A DNA stretch of 64,000 nt from Candidatus Omnitrophota bacterium (GCA_021735045.1 JAIPHU010000004.1:2929-66928); one strand, 5' to 3'. Shown: positions 28,379 through 37,567, counted from the first letter of the stretch. Notes: generated from the letters alone by a model not told the origin. Numbers and translations: made by a program.

Positions 28379-29550
28379 AAAAATTTCTTGAAGGTTCATT
28401 TGCAATGGCTCAGGCGGCAAAATTATGCCGGCCCGGAGTAATTGCTGCCTACCCGATTACTCCTCAAACTCATATTGTAGAAAACTTAGCTCAATTTATT
28501 GCCGACGGAAAATTAGATGCTAAATCCGTCAATGTCGAAAGCGAACATTCGGCTGCATCTTGTGTGTTAGGCTCTCAAGCTGCCGGGGTAAGAAGTTTTA
28601 CTTGTTCTAGCTCACAAGGTTTAATCTTGATGTCCGAGGTCTTATTTTGTATCGCCGGGATGCGTCTTCCGGTAATGTTGGTTTGTGCCAACCGGGCTCT
28701 TTCGGCGCCGATAAACATCTGGAACGACCAACAAGATTCGATTGCAGTAAGAGATGCCGGCTGGATGCAATTTTATGCCGAAAACAATCAAGAAGCAGTG
28801 GACTTAATCATTGCCAGCCATAAAATAGCCGAAAACTCTAAAGTAATGCTTCCGGCGATGGTTTGTGTTGATGGTTTTATCTTAACTCACGGTATGGAAG
28901 TAGTAGATATTCCCGATCAAAAGGATGTCGATAATTTTCTTCCCTCATATAATCCGCCTTATAAGCTCGATCCTGAAAATCCAATGAGTTTTGGCTTGTT
29001 AGGTACTCCTGATGTATATCAAGAAACTCGTTATGCAATTCAAAAAACATTAGAAGATGTTTTAGGGATGGTTCCAAAAGTAGGTAAAGAATATAAAGAT
29101 AAATTTGGGCGAGACAGCCTAAGGTTGGTAGAAGAGTACAAAACATCTGATGCTGAAACTGTTTTGGTTGCTATGGGCTCAGTTTGCGGAACTATAAAAG
29201 ATATAGTTGACACAGAAAGAGAAAAAGGCAAAAAGATTGGATTGTTAAAAATAGTAAGCTACCGTCCTTTCCCCAAAGAAGCTATTATAAAAGCACTAAA
29301 GCCAGCAAAAAATATAGGAGTTGTCGATAAAGATATCTCCTTAGGTTCAGACGGTGCTCTATATTCTGAAATTAATTCGTTGCTTCCATCTGATAAAAAA
29401 GTAAGTGGTTTTGTCGCTGGCCTAGGTGGCCGGGATATAAAACCTACTACCGTCAAAGAGATTATTGAACTAACTGAAAAAGAACAAAATAGTTGTAAAT
29501 TTGTTGATTTAAATAAAGACATACTCTGGGAGAAGTTTAAAACCATTTAA
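28375..29550 (+). CDS. porA: 2-oxoacid:ferredoxin oxidoreductase alpha subunit
   Basis: PorA-type N-terminus GVIAAYPITPQTHIVENLA. Confidence 0.85.
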   Translation: MKKFLEGSFAMAQAAKLCRPGVIAAYPITPQTHIVENLAQFIADGKLDAKSVNVESEHSAASCVLGSQAAGVRSFTCSSSQGLILMSEVLFCIAGMRLPVMLVCANRALSAPINIWNDQQDSIAVRDAGWMQFYAENNQEAVDLIIASHKIAENSKVMLPAMVCVDGFILTHGMEVVDIPDQKDVDNFLPSYNPPYKLDPENPMSFGLLGTPDVYQETRYAIQKTLEDVLGMVPKVGKEYKDKFGRDSLRLVEEYKTSDAETVLVAMGSVCGTIKDIVDTEREKGKKIGLLKIVSYRPFPKEAIIKALKPAKNIGVVDKDISLGSDGALYSEINSLLPSDKKVSGFVAGLGGRDIKPTTVKEIIELTEKEQNSCKFVDLNKDILWEKFKTI

Positions 29551-29554
29551 AACT

Positions 29555-30439
29555 ATGAACAAAGAACACTTTCAAGAAAATTGTTATGTTTCCGGCCATA
29601 CCGCCTGTGCAGGTTGCGGACAATCGATGGCAGTAAGAATTGTGATTAATGCTGCCGGCGAAAATACTATTGCTTCAAATGCAACTGGTTGTTTAGAAGT
29701 TTTCTCCAGTAAAGCACCAGAATCTGCCTTTGGCGTGCCTTGGATTCATTCCTTGTTTGAAAATTCTGCAGCTGTAGCAAGCGGGGTTGAAACCGCCCTA
29801 GTTCATCAAGGCAAAAAAGAGAATATCAACATTATAGCCCAAGCTGGAGACGGAGGAACTGCTGATATCGGCCTGCAGGCTTTATCCGGGATGCTAGAAC
29901 GGGGCCATGACATACTATTTGTTTGTTATGACAATGAAGCTTATATGAATACCGGAATTCAGCGTAGTGGCTCAACTCCGTTTAATGCAAGTACTACAAC
30001 TTCACCGGCCGGGAAACAATCAACTGGAAATCCACGGCCGAAAAAACCAATGGTAGAAATTTGTGCCGCCCATCATATCCCGTATTCAGCCACAAGCTCT
30101 GTTGCAAACCCTAAAGATATTGAAATTAAAGTTAAAAAAGCCTTAAAGATTAAGGGGCCAAAATATCTACAAATTCACGTTCCCTGTCCTTTGGGATGGA
30201 GAATAGATTCTTCTCAAACTATTGAGGTTGCAAAACTTGCAGTTAATACCGGGCTTTATCCTTTAGTTGAATATGAGTACGGTAGGTTGACTAAAACTCG
30301 TAAAATAAGCTCACCTAAGCCTGTATCTGAATATTTAAAAACACAAGGCCGCTTTCGTCATCTTCTAAAAGACCAAGAAGCTTTAGCCGCAGTTCAGAAA
30401 GTTGCTGATAAAAATATTGACTACTACGGCTTAAAATAA
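29555..30439 (+). CDS. porB: 2-oxoacid:ferredoxin oxidoreductase beta subunit (TPP-binding)
   Basis: GHTACAGCGQSMAVRI and GDGGTADIG thiamine-diphosphate-binding motifs. Confidence 0.85.
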   Translation: MNKEHFQENCYVSGHTACAGCGQSMAVRIVINAAGENTIASNATGCLEVFSSKAPESAFGVPWIHSLFENSAAVASGVETALVHQGKKENINIIAQAGDGGTADIGLQALSGMLERGHDILFVCYDNEAYMNTGIQRSGSTPFNASTTTSPAGKQSTGNPRPKKPMVEICAAHHIPYSATSSVANPKDIEIKVKKALKIKGPKYLQIHVPCPLGWRIDSSQTIEVAKLAVNTGLYPLVEYEYGRLTKTRKISSPKPVSEYLKTQGRFRHLLKDQEALAAVQKVADKNIDYYGLK

Positions 30440-30450
30440 AACAATAAACT

Positions 30451-30633
30451 ATGAAAATTATAATTGACGAAAACGCTTGTATCGGCTGTGGTTTATGCAT
30501 AAATCTTTGCCCAGAGATTTTTGTTCTCCAAGATAATAATATTGCCAAGGTAAAGTCAAAAGAGCCTTGCGATAAAAACCTTCACAAAATCGCTTCCCAA
30601 TGTCCGGTCAACGCGATCTTAATTAAAGACTAA
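30451..30633 (+). CDS. small 4Fe-4S ferredoxin
   Basis: CIGCGLCINLCP...CPVNAI. Confidence 0.7.
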   Translation: MKIIIDENACIGCGLCINLCPEIFVLQDNNIAKVKSKEPCDKNLHKIASQCPVNAILIKD

Positions 30634-30635
30634 TA

Positions 30636-32045
30636 TTATTGAGGAACTTCTAACTGGAAGGATAATTTATTGCGTAAGTTATTTAGGTATTCAACTCTTT
30701 TTTCTATTTCTTTGTTGGCCTTGAGATCTTGATAGTAGTTTTCTTTTTCTGCCTTAAACTTATCCGGATCAATATCAGTTTTTTCTAACAATTTTACAAC
30801 ATAAACTCCGTTTTTTCTAACTAACGGTTTGCTATATAGTTGGCCTTCTTCTAGGTCAAAAAACACCAGGTCACTTATCTTTTTGCTTAAACCAAAACCC
30901 GGAATATAATTTAGGTATTTAAACGGCTCTGTTTTAGTATATTCAATTTCTTTTCTTTTGGCATACCCTTTTAACTTATTATTTCCGGTTGCCTTAACCT
31001 CTTTTATAATATTTTCTGCCATTTTTTCGGCTAGACTTTCTGCTTGATCTTTAAGATAAACTTTTTTAACTTCATCCTGAATTTGAGAAAATGCCGGGAC
31101 AGACGCTTCTTGTTCATCTATCTTTTGAAAGACAAACACTTGTTCTTTTATCTTAAACGGAGGACTGGTTTCTCCTTTTTCTAAATTAAAAAGAGGTTGA
31201 TTGATCTGCGGTGCAAATCCAATATCCGCAATTGGTTGGTTTACTCCAAAAAAATCAGTTTCTTCTACATCCAGTTCTTTTAAGTCGTCGAGGTTATTAC
31301 CTGCTTCTAAATAGGTTATCGTATTTTCTATCTCTTTTGAACCTGGATCAAGGCTAATGTATTTTACTTTAATCTTTTTTTCTCGCCGAAAAAGGCTTTT
31401 ATTTTCCTGGTAAAAATCTTTCAGCGTAGAAGAGGGAACATTTGCATCTATCTCCAGCAAATCGTAGGGAATCAGTAGATAAGCTATTTTTGCTTCCTGG
31501 ATTTTTATTTTATAAGCTTTTTTAACCTCTTGGTCGGTAACCTTGATGGTAACATGCTTGTTAAATAGTTTTTCTCTTTTTAAGACACTCCGTACATATT
31601 CTTCAAAGTTACGGGCCAAAAAACGCCGGTTCATTTGTCTACCCAAGTATTTTATAAACTGCTGGTATTTGCTGGGCATAAATTCATTGTCCGGGGAAAA
31701 ATAAGGGATTTTCTGGATATGATCGATAACTTCCTGGTCGCTTACTTTAACACTTTCTTTATCGGCTTGATAAAGCAAAAGATAAAAGTTGGCCGCTAGG
31801 CTGTAGATATCTTCAGTGTTGATCGTCTGTTCTTTATCGGCATTCATTAAAAAATAGATTTGTGCTAGTTCAAGATAGGGCAGGAAATCATCTCTGGTTA
31901 TTGGTTTTTCTTTGATTTTTCCGATTATGTTTTCTTTGTTGCCGCGCATAGCCGAACTGCCCCAGAGAACAAAAGCAGGCACGATAATAACTACCATCGC
32001 CCAAAGAATCAGTTTTTTGTGTTTGTCGGTAAGTCGAATAAACAT
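30636..32045 (-). CDS. PpiD/SurA-like periplasmic chaperone / peptidyl-prolyl isomerase family, N-terminal membrane anchor
   Basis: An N-terminal TM helix followed by a long SurA_N-like domain. This is the only long minus-strand gene in the window. Confidence 0.6.
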   Translation of the reverse strand: MFIRLTDKHKKLILWAMVVIIVPAFVLWGSSAMRGNKENIIGKIKEKPITRDDFLPYLELAQIYFLMNADKEQTINTEDIYSLAANFYLLLYQADKESVKVSDQEVIDHIQKIPYFSPDNEFMPSKYQQFIKYLGRQMNRRFLARNFEEYVRSVLKREKLFNKHVTIKVTDQEVKKAYKIKIQEAKIAYLLIPYDLLEIDANVPSSTLKDFYQENKSLFRREKKIKVKYISLDPGSKEIENTITYLEAGNNLDDLKELDVEETDFFGVNQPIADIGFAPQINQPLFNLEKGETSPPFKIKEQVFVFQKIDEQEASVPAFSQIQDEVKKVYLKDQAESLAEKMAENIIKEVKATGNNKLKGYAKRKEIEYTKTEPFKYLNYIPGFGLSKKISDLVFFDLEEGQLYSKPLVRKNGVYVVKLLEKTDIDPDKFKAEKENYYQDLKANKEIEKRVEYLNNLRNKLSFQLEVPQ

Positions 32046-32173
32046 ATTGTTAATATATTAACTAGAATTTAAAAATCTTCAAGCTTTTTCTGTTACACTG
32101 ATTACACAGATAAAATATAGAAATTGAAAAAATAAGATATATATGTTATAAAAGAGGTGCTGTTTGATAATTC

Positions 32174-32532
32174 GGGGGTGAATGGACTCGACCTAAAAGG
32201 CGATGCGAAAAGGAGCATGCCGAGGATGTGAGTTGCCTGCGATAGTGGTACTTGCAAAAAATTAAATGCAGAAAACACATTTAATACCACTCCTGCTTAC
32301 GCTGTAAGTTAAGGAGGCTCTTCTACTTTTCTGCCTCGGAAAGTATAAGAGTTCATTTATGAGGCTCGGAGTAAGCTTTTGCTTTTCGGGTTTACTCTTA
32401 AAACTAAGGAAAGCTGCTTCCTGGTAAATCCTGCCTTTTGGAGCTATCAGGAAAAAGATAAACAAAAGGCTAAGCATGTAGAATCTTTTTGCTGAAATTT
32501 TAGGGACGCGGGTTCGATTCCCGCCACCTCCA
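32174..32532 (+). ncRNA. ssrA: tmRNA (SsrA)
   Basis: The 5' GGGGGUG pairs with 3' CACCUCC including the G3:U wobble. A GGACUCGAC D-loop analogue follows, and the 3' T-arm is GCGGG-UUCGAUU-CCCGC plus discriminator A. No CCA is encoded. Confidence 0.8.
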
Positions 32533-32576
32533 TTTTTTCGACCTATCCGAAAAATCAGTAAACCCGAAACACATTC

Positions 32577-33320
32577 GGGGGACACAATACTTAATTAGTT
32601 GACACTGTATTAAGGAAAAGTATAATACAGGTATGCCAAGAATAGCACGAATTATAGCCGAAGGCTACCCACATCACATAATACAGAGAGGAAACCGCCG
32701 CCAAAAAGTATTCTTTCAAAATAGAGACTATCAAGAATATCTAAAACTTTTAAGCCAACATTCAGCCAAAAACAACCTTTCTATAGCTGCCTATTGTTTA
32801 ATGCCTAATCATGTCCATATTATAGCTATACCAAACAACAAACAAGGCCTAGCCAAGGCAATAGGAGAAACCCACAGAAATTACACCCGAATGGTAAATT
32901 TCAGAAAAAACTGGCGCGGATACCTTTGGCAAGGAAGGTTTAGTTCATATATTATGGATGAAAAACATTTGTATGCAGCGGTAAAGTATATCCTCAATAA
33001 TCCAACAAATGCAAAGGGAAAAATAACAGAAAATGTCCTAGATTACCGCTGGTCAAGCATTCATCATCATACTGGAAAAGAGAATATACCTTGGCTAAAA
33101 GATGATATATTGCAAAACATGATAGATGATTGGAGTCAATATCTAAATGAAGGCCAAGACAATAAACAGATAGAGCTTTTAAAAAAACATGAACGCACCG
33201 GCCGCCCATTAGGAGATAATAATTTTATAGAAATACTTGAGAAGAAATTAGGAATAAGCTTAAAAAAGAAAAAACCAGGGCCAAAGAAAAGAAGGGGAGA
33301 TAATTAAGTATTGTGTCCCC
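32577..33320 (+). mobile_element. IS200/RayT-like element: Y1 (HUH) transposase gene flanked by perfect 20-bp inverted repeats GGGGACACAATACTTAATTA
   Basis: IR copies at 32577-32596 and 33301-33320 (reverse complement). An internal promoter TTGACA-16-TATAAT ends 7 nt before the ATG at 32633. Confidence 0.7.
32633..33307 (+). CDS. IS200-like / REP-associated Y1 tyrosine transposase
   Basis: MPRIARIIAEGYPHHIIQRGNRRQ..., the HUH motif NHVHIIAIP and a catalytic-Tyr region LDYRWSS. Confidence 0.8.
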   Translation: MPRIARIIAEGYPHHIIQRGNRRQKVFFQNRDYQEYLKLLSQHSAKNNLSIAAYCLMPNHVHIIAIPNNKQGLAKAIGETHRNYTRMVNFRKNWRGYLWQGRFSSYIMDEKHLYAAVKYILNNPTNAKGKITENVLDYRWSSIHHHTGKENIPWLKDDILQNMIDDWSQYLNEGQDNKQIELLKKHERTGRPLGDNNFIEILEKKLGISLKKKKPGPKKRRGDN

Positions 33321-33490
33321 GGAATTATTGATTAAGCCTCTTTTTTATAATTACGTTATTTTTTTTATCTTTTCATCTTTATGCTTCGACATCTCCCATC
33401 CAATTAGATACAATTGATTATTCAAGCGCCCAAAGACAAGGTTATCCGACCGATGAAGAACTTATAAGTTTAGCTACTGAGAAAGGACTA

Positions 33491-33931
33491 TTGCCTGAAT
33501 CTAATTCTGATTTTGATTTGAAAAAGCATGTGAGAAAAGGGAATACCTTAATTATTTGGCTTGTATCTCCCAGGCAATACAAAATAGATTTAGTTGACCA
33601 GCTCAAAGAAATGAATTTTAATAAAGAAGGTGCTACCATAAGTAATCCTTCTGCTTACTATGTAGACCAAATAAATAATGTTATTTATATTTCATTAAAA
33701 AATAATCAAATCAAAGGCTATAACAAAAAAGGGATAGGAGAAATATTTAAAACAATAGCAATACAAGAGGGTAATTTTAATACTAATGATGGCAGAAACG
33801 CTATGGAGATAATGAGAGATTATTGGGGAGAAGAAGAAATTGAATGGTACAAGAAGGCTTATCCGGAGAAGTTTAAGGCTTTGATAGAAATAAATAAAAG
33901 AAAAAGAAATACATACCATGTGCCAAAATAA
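33491..33931 (+). CDS. hypothetical protein (TTG start in ORF track; upstream frame open from 33332)
   Basis: No recognisable domain. The upstream in-frame stretch encodes a hydrophobic signal-peptide-like segment but has no canonical start codon. Confidence 0.4.
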   Translation: MPESNSDFDLKKHVRKGNTLIIWLVSPRQYKIDLVDQLKEMNFNKEGATISNPSAYYVDQINNVIYISLKNNQIKGYNKKGIGEIFKTIAIQEGNFNTNDGRNAMEIMRDYWGEEEIEWYKKAYPEKFKALIEINKRKRNTYHVPK

Positions 33932-34035
33932 GAATAGGAGATCAAACCTTCAAACTTAACTTGATTTTATTGTTAGTGGATATATAATGACACATAGGTT
34001 TATATAAATTAAAAAATATATAAAAAGAAATAAGC

Positions 34036-34413
34036 ATGCCTACAGAGCAAAACAACAAATCTAATAAGATTTCAATTTCATCCTCTAATAAGGAAGTATT
34101 ACATTCAGGAGCTGTTCATACCTTTAGTGCTAACGATCTCCAATTCAAGCTAGAGGGTTTAACTTTCATTTTTAGTTTTATAGATGATGGGGGTAAACAA
34201 CGGATAGAAGGATCTACTTCTTCTGATAAACAGTTGAATATAAAGCTTTTCAATTTCACAAACCCATTAGGAACTGGTTTAATTAAACCGAAAAGGATAG
34301 GTTCGTATAAGCATAGAGAGCTTTTTATTGCTTTCACTGTCTATGCACTTAATAAAAAATCTACCAAGTTGTTTAATTATACTTTTTTTGTAGGAGATGA
34401 AATAGATGACTGA
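34036..34413 (+). CDS. hypothetical protein
   Basis: 125-aa ORF with no recognisable domain. Confidence 0.4.
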   Translation: MPTEQNNKSNKISISSSNKEVLHSGAVHTFSANDLQFKLEGLTFIFSFIDDGGKQRIEGSTSSDKQLNIKLFNFTNPLGTGLIKPKRIGSYKHRELFIAFTVYALNKKSTKLFNYTFFVGDEIDD

Positions 34414-34693
34414 AGAAAAGAAAAAAGAGGAAAAAAGTCAAAAATCTAATGTTACGGAATCAGGATTGACAGGAAAAATTTCTGAAACTATAGGGACGGG
34501 GCCGCATGCTCAGACAGCTATAACATGGCTTGTGATAAAATGGAGTTTTATCGTAGGTTCTGCTTTAACGATTATTATTCTAATAGCTGCAAAGTACGAC
34601 ATATGTGAATTTATATTTGCAAATATCTGGTCTGTGTTTGGGTCAATAATTATGCTTGCCCTAGGTTACTTATTTGGAAAAGGAAAGGAGTAA
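34406..34693 (+). CDS. small two-TM membrane protein, hypothetical
   Basis: 8-nt overlap with the upstream ORF; two hydrophobic helices. Confidence 0.4.
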   Translation: MTEEKKKEEKSQKSNVTESGLTGKISETIGTGPHAQTAITWLVIKWSFIVGSALTIIILIAAKYDICEFIFANIWSVFGSIIMLALGYLFGKGKE

Positions 34694-34875
34694 TGCATAT
34701 ATTTACGGGGAACTATTTTTATGCGATGATCTTTTTATTGGCGAAACATAGTTTATAAAAATAAGTCACCCAATCGAACTTTCTTTAGCATAAACCTTAA
34801 AAACATCCTTCTTTGGCCTTATCTTAGGAGACAAGAATAACATGTCTCCATATTTGACAATACCCACAAAACAAC

Positions 34876-35097
34876 CTACCTCAATCGTTCAGAACCTCTC
34901 ACTTCTCCCCACAAATCGTTGAATTCTTGATAAGCAGAGGAGTCGGCTGGGTTATATTCGAAGATCAGATCACCTGAATAATGCTCGTAGATTAAAATTT
35001 CATCGTTTTCTTTTACAATATCCACGGCTACACTGTTTGTAACCAATTCCCACCTCCGAGGTGGGAATTTTTTTGTTGAGAGCGTTTGGAAAACCAT
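34876..35097 (-). CDS. hypothetical small protein (possible remnant); the ORF track extends it to 35349
   Basis: The C-terminal 50 aa look protein-like. The 5' part overlaps the + strand HEPN gene and would contain the 33-bp palindromic repeat in frame. Confidence 0.25.
   Translation of the reverse strand: MVFQTLSTKKFPPRRWELVTNSVAVDIVKENDEILIYEHYSGDLIFEYNPADSSAYQEFNDLWGEVRGSERLR
35041..35074 (+). repeat. 33-bp palindromic terminator-like repeat, copy 1 (AACCAATTCCCACCTCCGAGGTGGGAATTTTTT)
   Basis: Perfect 10-bp stem TTCCCACCTC/GAGGTGGGAA with a T-run. It is identical to copy 2. Confidence 0.8.
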
Positions 35098-35189
35098 GGT
35101 TTTTTTGCTTTGCCTCAGCTTAAGCATGCGATATAATTTAATTAATGAATATTCCAGAAAATGCGGGTTCCGTATATTAATCACTGTAC

Positions 35190-35858
35190 ATGAAAAAAAC
35201 AAGACAGGAACAAAAATTTGAAAAATATAGAGAATATCTAAATTCGGAAACGCAACTTCTCTGGCAATATATATCATTATATAAACATCTTCATAAAAAA
35301 GTACAGGATAGGCTAGACGAAATAAACATAGCTCCTGCTTTTTTCTCAACAGTTCAGAGTGCCCTCTTTACATGCATTGTTCTATGGATACATAATCTTT
35401 TTTCTGAAGAATCACAACGTGGCCTTCATGATTTTTTAAACTTTATTGAAAGTAATCTTAGCACTTTTAAACTTAGTGAATTAAAAAGGCGAAGAGAATT
35501 TTCTGATAATCATTGGTTCCTAAAAAAAATAACGGAGTTAACAAAATCAGACATAAGTGGACATCGAGCTATGCTTAAATCTATAAAATTATTGAATTCT
35601 ATAAAAACACGACGGGACAAATATCATGCACATTTTGACAAGAAGTATTTTTTCAACAGAGAAAAGATAAATAAAGAAAAACCTATTTTGTGGAAGGATC
35701 TTGATGAAATAAAAGAGCCAATGGAAAAAATTATAAACACTTATTCTGTGGCTTATGACGGAAGCTCATTTAGTATACAATTTGTTAATGCTTATGATGT
35801 TGATAGGATTTTAGATATCTTGCATGAATATAGAGAAAAAAGAAAAAGGCGCACCTAA
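35190..35858 (+). CDS. HEPN-domain protein, Abi-like (putative RNase toxin)
   Basis: A 222-aa alpha-helical protein with a C-terminal R-x4-H motif (TRRDKYHAHFD) characteristic of HEPN. Assigned by pattern, not by alignment. Confidence 0.45.
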   Translation: MKKTRQEQKFEKYREYLNSETQLLWQYISLYKHLHKKVQDRLDEINIAPAFFSTVQSALFTCIVLWIHNLFSEESQRGLHDFLNFIESNLSTFKLSELKRRREFSDNHWFLKKITELTKSDISGHRAMLKSIKLLNSIKTRRDKYHAHFDKKYFFNREKINKEKPILWKDLDEIKEPMEKIINTYSVAYDGSSFSIQFVNAYDVDRILDILHEYREKRKRRT

Positions 35859-36055
35859 TTGTTTTTAAATCATCCACGGCCAACCAACACCACCAGATCC
35901 TTCAGATAGGAAGGCGAATGTTTATAAGATACTGCCGTTGAGTGAAGCGGTAAGAAGGTAGAAGTTAGAGGGGAGAAGTTAGAAAGAATTTAAACAATTG
36001 GAGGTCACAAATTGTGATGTCCAATAGATAAAAGCTAAAAAGGTAATTAAAATTT

Positions 36056-36718
36056 ATGTTGTATCTTTATTTAGATGAAAGCGGTGATTTAGGTTTTGAT
36101 TTTGTTAACAAAAGGCCTTCTAAGTTTTTTACTATATCTATTTTAGTTATAAGAGGCGCAAAGAAAAGAAGACAGGTAGCTAAAAGTGTAGAAAGAACCA
36201 TTAGAAAAAAATTAAATCCGAAAAGCAAGCGGAGGAGAATGGTTCAAGAATTAAAAGGCACATCAACAACGTTAGAAATCAAAGAGTATCTATATAAAAG
36301 AATAAAGAAGATAGATTTTTCTATTTATAGCATAACCTTAAATAAAAGGCGAGCTTATAGCTATTTAATTAAAGATAAATCAAGAATTTATAATTTTATA
36401 GCACGCAGTATTCTAGATAAAGTTGATTTTTCTGATACCAAAAATAGAGTTATTTTGACAATTGATAAGAGCAAGAGTAAGCCTCAGATTAAAGAATTTA
36501 ATGATTATATTTATAACCAATTGGAAGCTAAGATAGATCCTAAAGTTTCTTTATATATAGAGCATGCAGATTCTTGTGCAGATAAATGTTTAAACGTGGC
36601 GGATTTATTTAGCTGGGGAGTTTTTAGAAAACATGAGAGAAAGGATTCTCTATGGTATGATTTATTTGCAGAAAAAGTTGAATTTGATCAAATATATTTG
36701 CTCCAAAATAAAAAATGA
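36056..36718 (+). CDS. DUF3800-family protein
   Basis: The N-terminus MLYLYLDESGD is the hallmark DE motif of DUF3800. Confidence 0.65.
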   Translation: MLYLYLDESGDLGFDFVNKRPSKFFTISILVIRGAKKRRQVAKSVERTIRKKLNPKSKRRRMVQELKGTSTTLEIKEYLYKRIKKIDFSIYSITLNKRRAYSYLIKDKSRIYNFIARSILDKVDFSDTKNRVILTIDKSKSKPQIKEFNDYIYNQLEAKIDPKVSLYIEHADSCADKCLNVADLFSWGVFRKHERKDSLWYDLFAEKVEFDQIYLLQNKK

Positions 36719-36851
36719 GCGGACCCTGCGAGTTGAGCGTTAAAGCTTTTGCCAACCAGATGGAAGGGAACACTTTAACAACTCGCAACGGAATTACCGC
36801 TCAAGTTAAATATACAATATGGGGATGACAAAGTCAAGTTATTTTTGAACT

Positions 36852-37358
36852 ATGAAACCCGGCGACATTCTACTATTCAAAGCAGAGCGTGATTTTGTTT
36901 CTCGGCTGATTGCTTGGGGGACTGGAAGCAAATATTCCCACGTGGCAATTTGTGTATCTCCGAAGATGCATCTAGCAATTGAGGCGATTGCCAGAGGCGG
37001 GATCAGAGCTAGGGATATTAGAAAGATCCCCAGAGATTATGATCTTTATAGGGTAAAGGAAGATTATTCTTATAATCTAGATGGTGTTATTTCTTATCTA
37101 GTTGATAAGCTCAACGAAAGATATGATTATCCCGGTGTTCTCTGGTTAGGATTTATAAAGTTACTTGCAAAGACCGGCCTTCCGTTTAAAGTTACAGCTA
37201 ACAATTGGCAGAAGCGGCGAGATCATTTTTGTTCAGAGCTTTGCTCTGAAGCATTCTTCTATGGCGGAGGGCTAGATATTGTGCCAGAACAACCAGCAGC
37301 GAACATAACTTCCCCGGCCGATATTGCGAATAGCTCAGTCATAGAAACTGTACAATAA
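36852..37358 (+). CDS. permuted papain-like amidase, YaeF/YiiX (peptidase C92 / DUF830) family
   Basis: GDILLFK...YSHVAI (His) precedes FCSELCSE (Cys), the permuted His-before-Cys order of the C92 family. Confidence 0.55.
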   Translation: MKPGDILLFKAERDFVSRLIAWGTGSKYSHVAICVSPKMHLAIEAIARGGIRARDIRKIPRDYDLYRVKEDYSYNLDGVISYLVDKLNERYDYPGVLWLGFIKLLAKTGLPFKVTANNWQKRRDHFCSELCSEAFFYGGGLDIVPEQPAANITSPADIANSSVIETVQ

Positions 37359-37389
37359 CCAATTCCCACCTCCGAGGTGGGAATTTTTT
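37357..37389 (+). repeat. 33-bp palindromic terminator-like repeat, copy 2
   Basis: Identical to 35041-35073. It overlaps the TAA stop of the amidase gene. Confidence 0.8.
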
Positions 37390-37567
37390 GCCCCAATCCA
37401 AAGCAGGTGGTATAATTATAAAAACAACAACAGACACCTTTTTAATAAAGTAAATCCTGATAAAAGTCATCTGCGGAAAGAAACAGAAGAGGGGCCTTCT
37501 CGCTGAAAGTTAAGTAGTACGTGTCACGGATTTTTTTAAACAAGTTTATAAGAAGGAGGAAGAGTTA

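Noticed and set aside
32102-32585. Two minus-strand ORFs (62 and 107 aa)
   Set aside because: They lie antisense to the tmRNA gene. The region is explained by ssrA.
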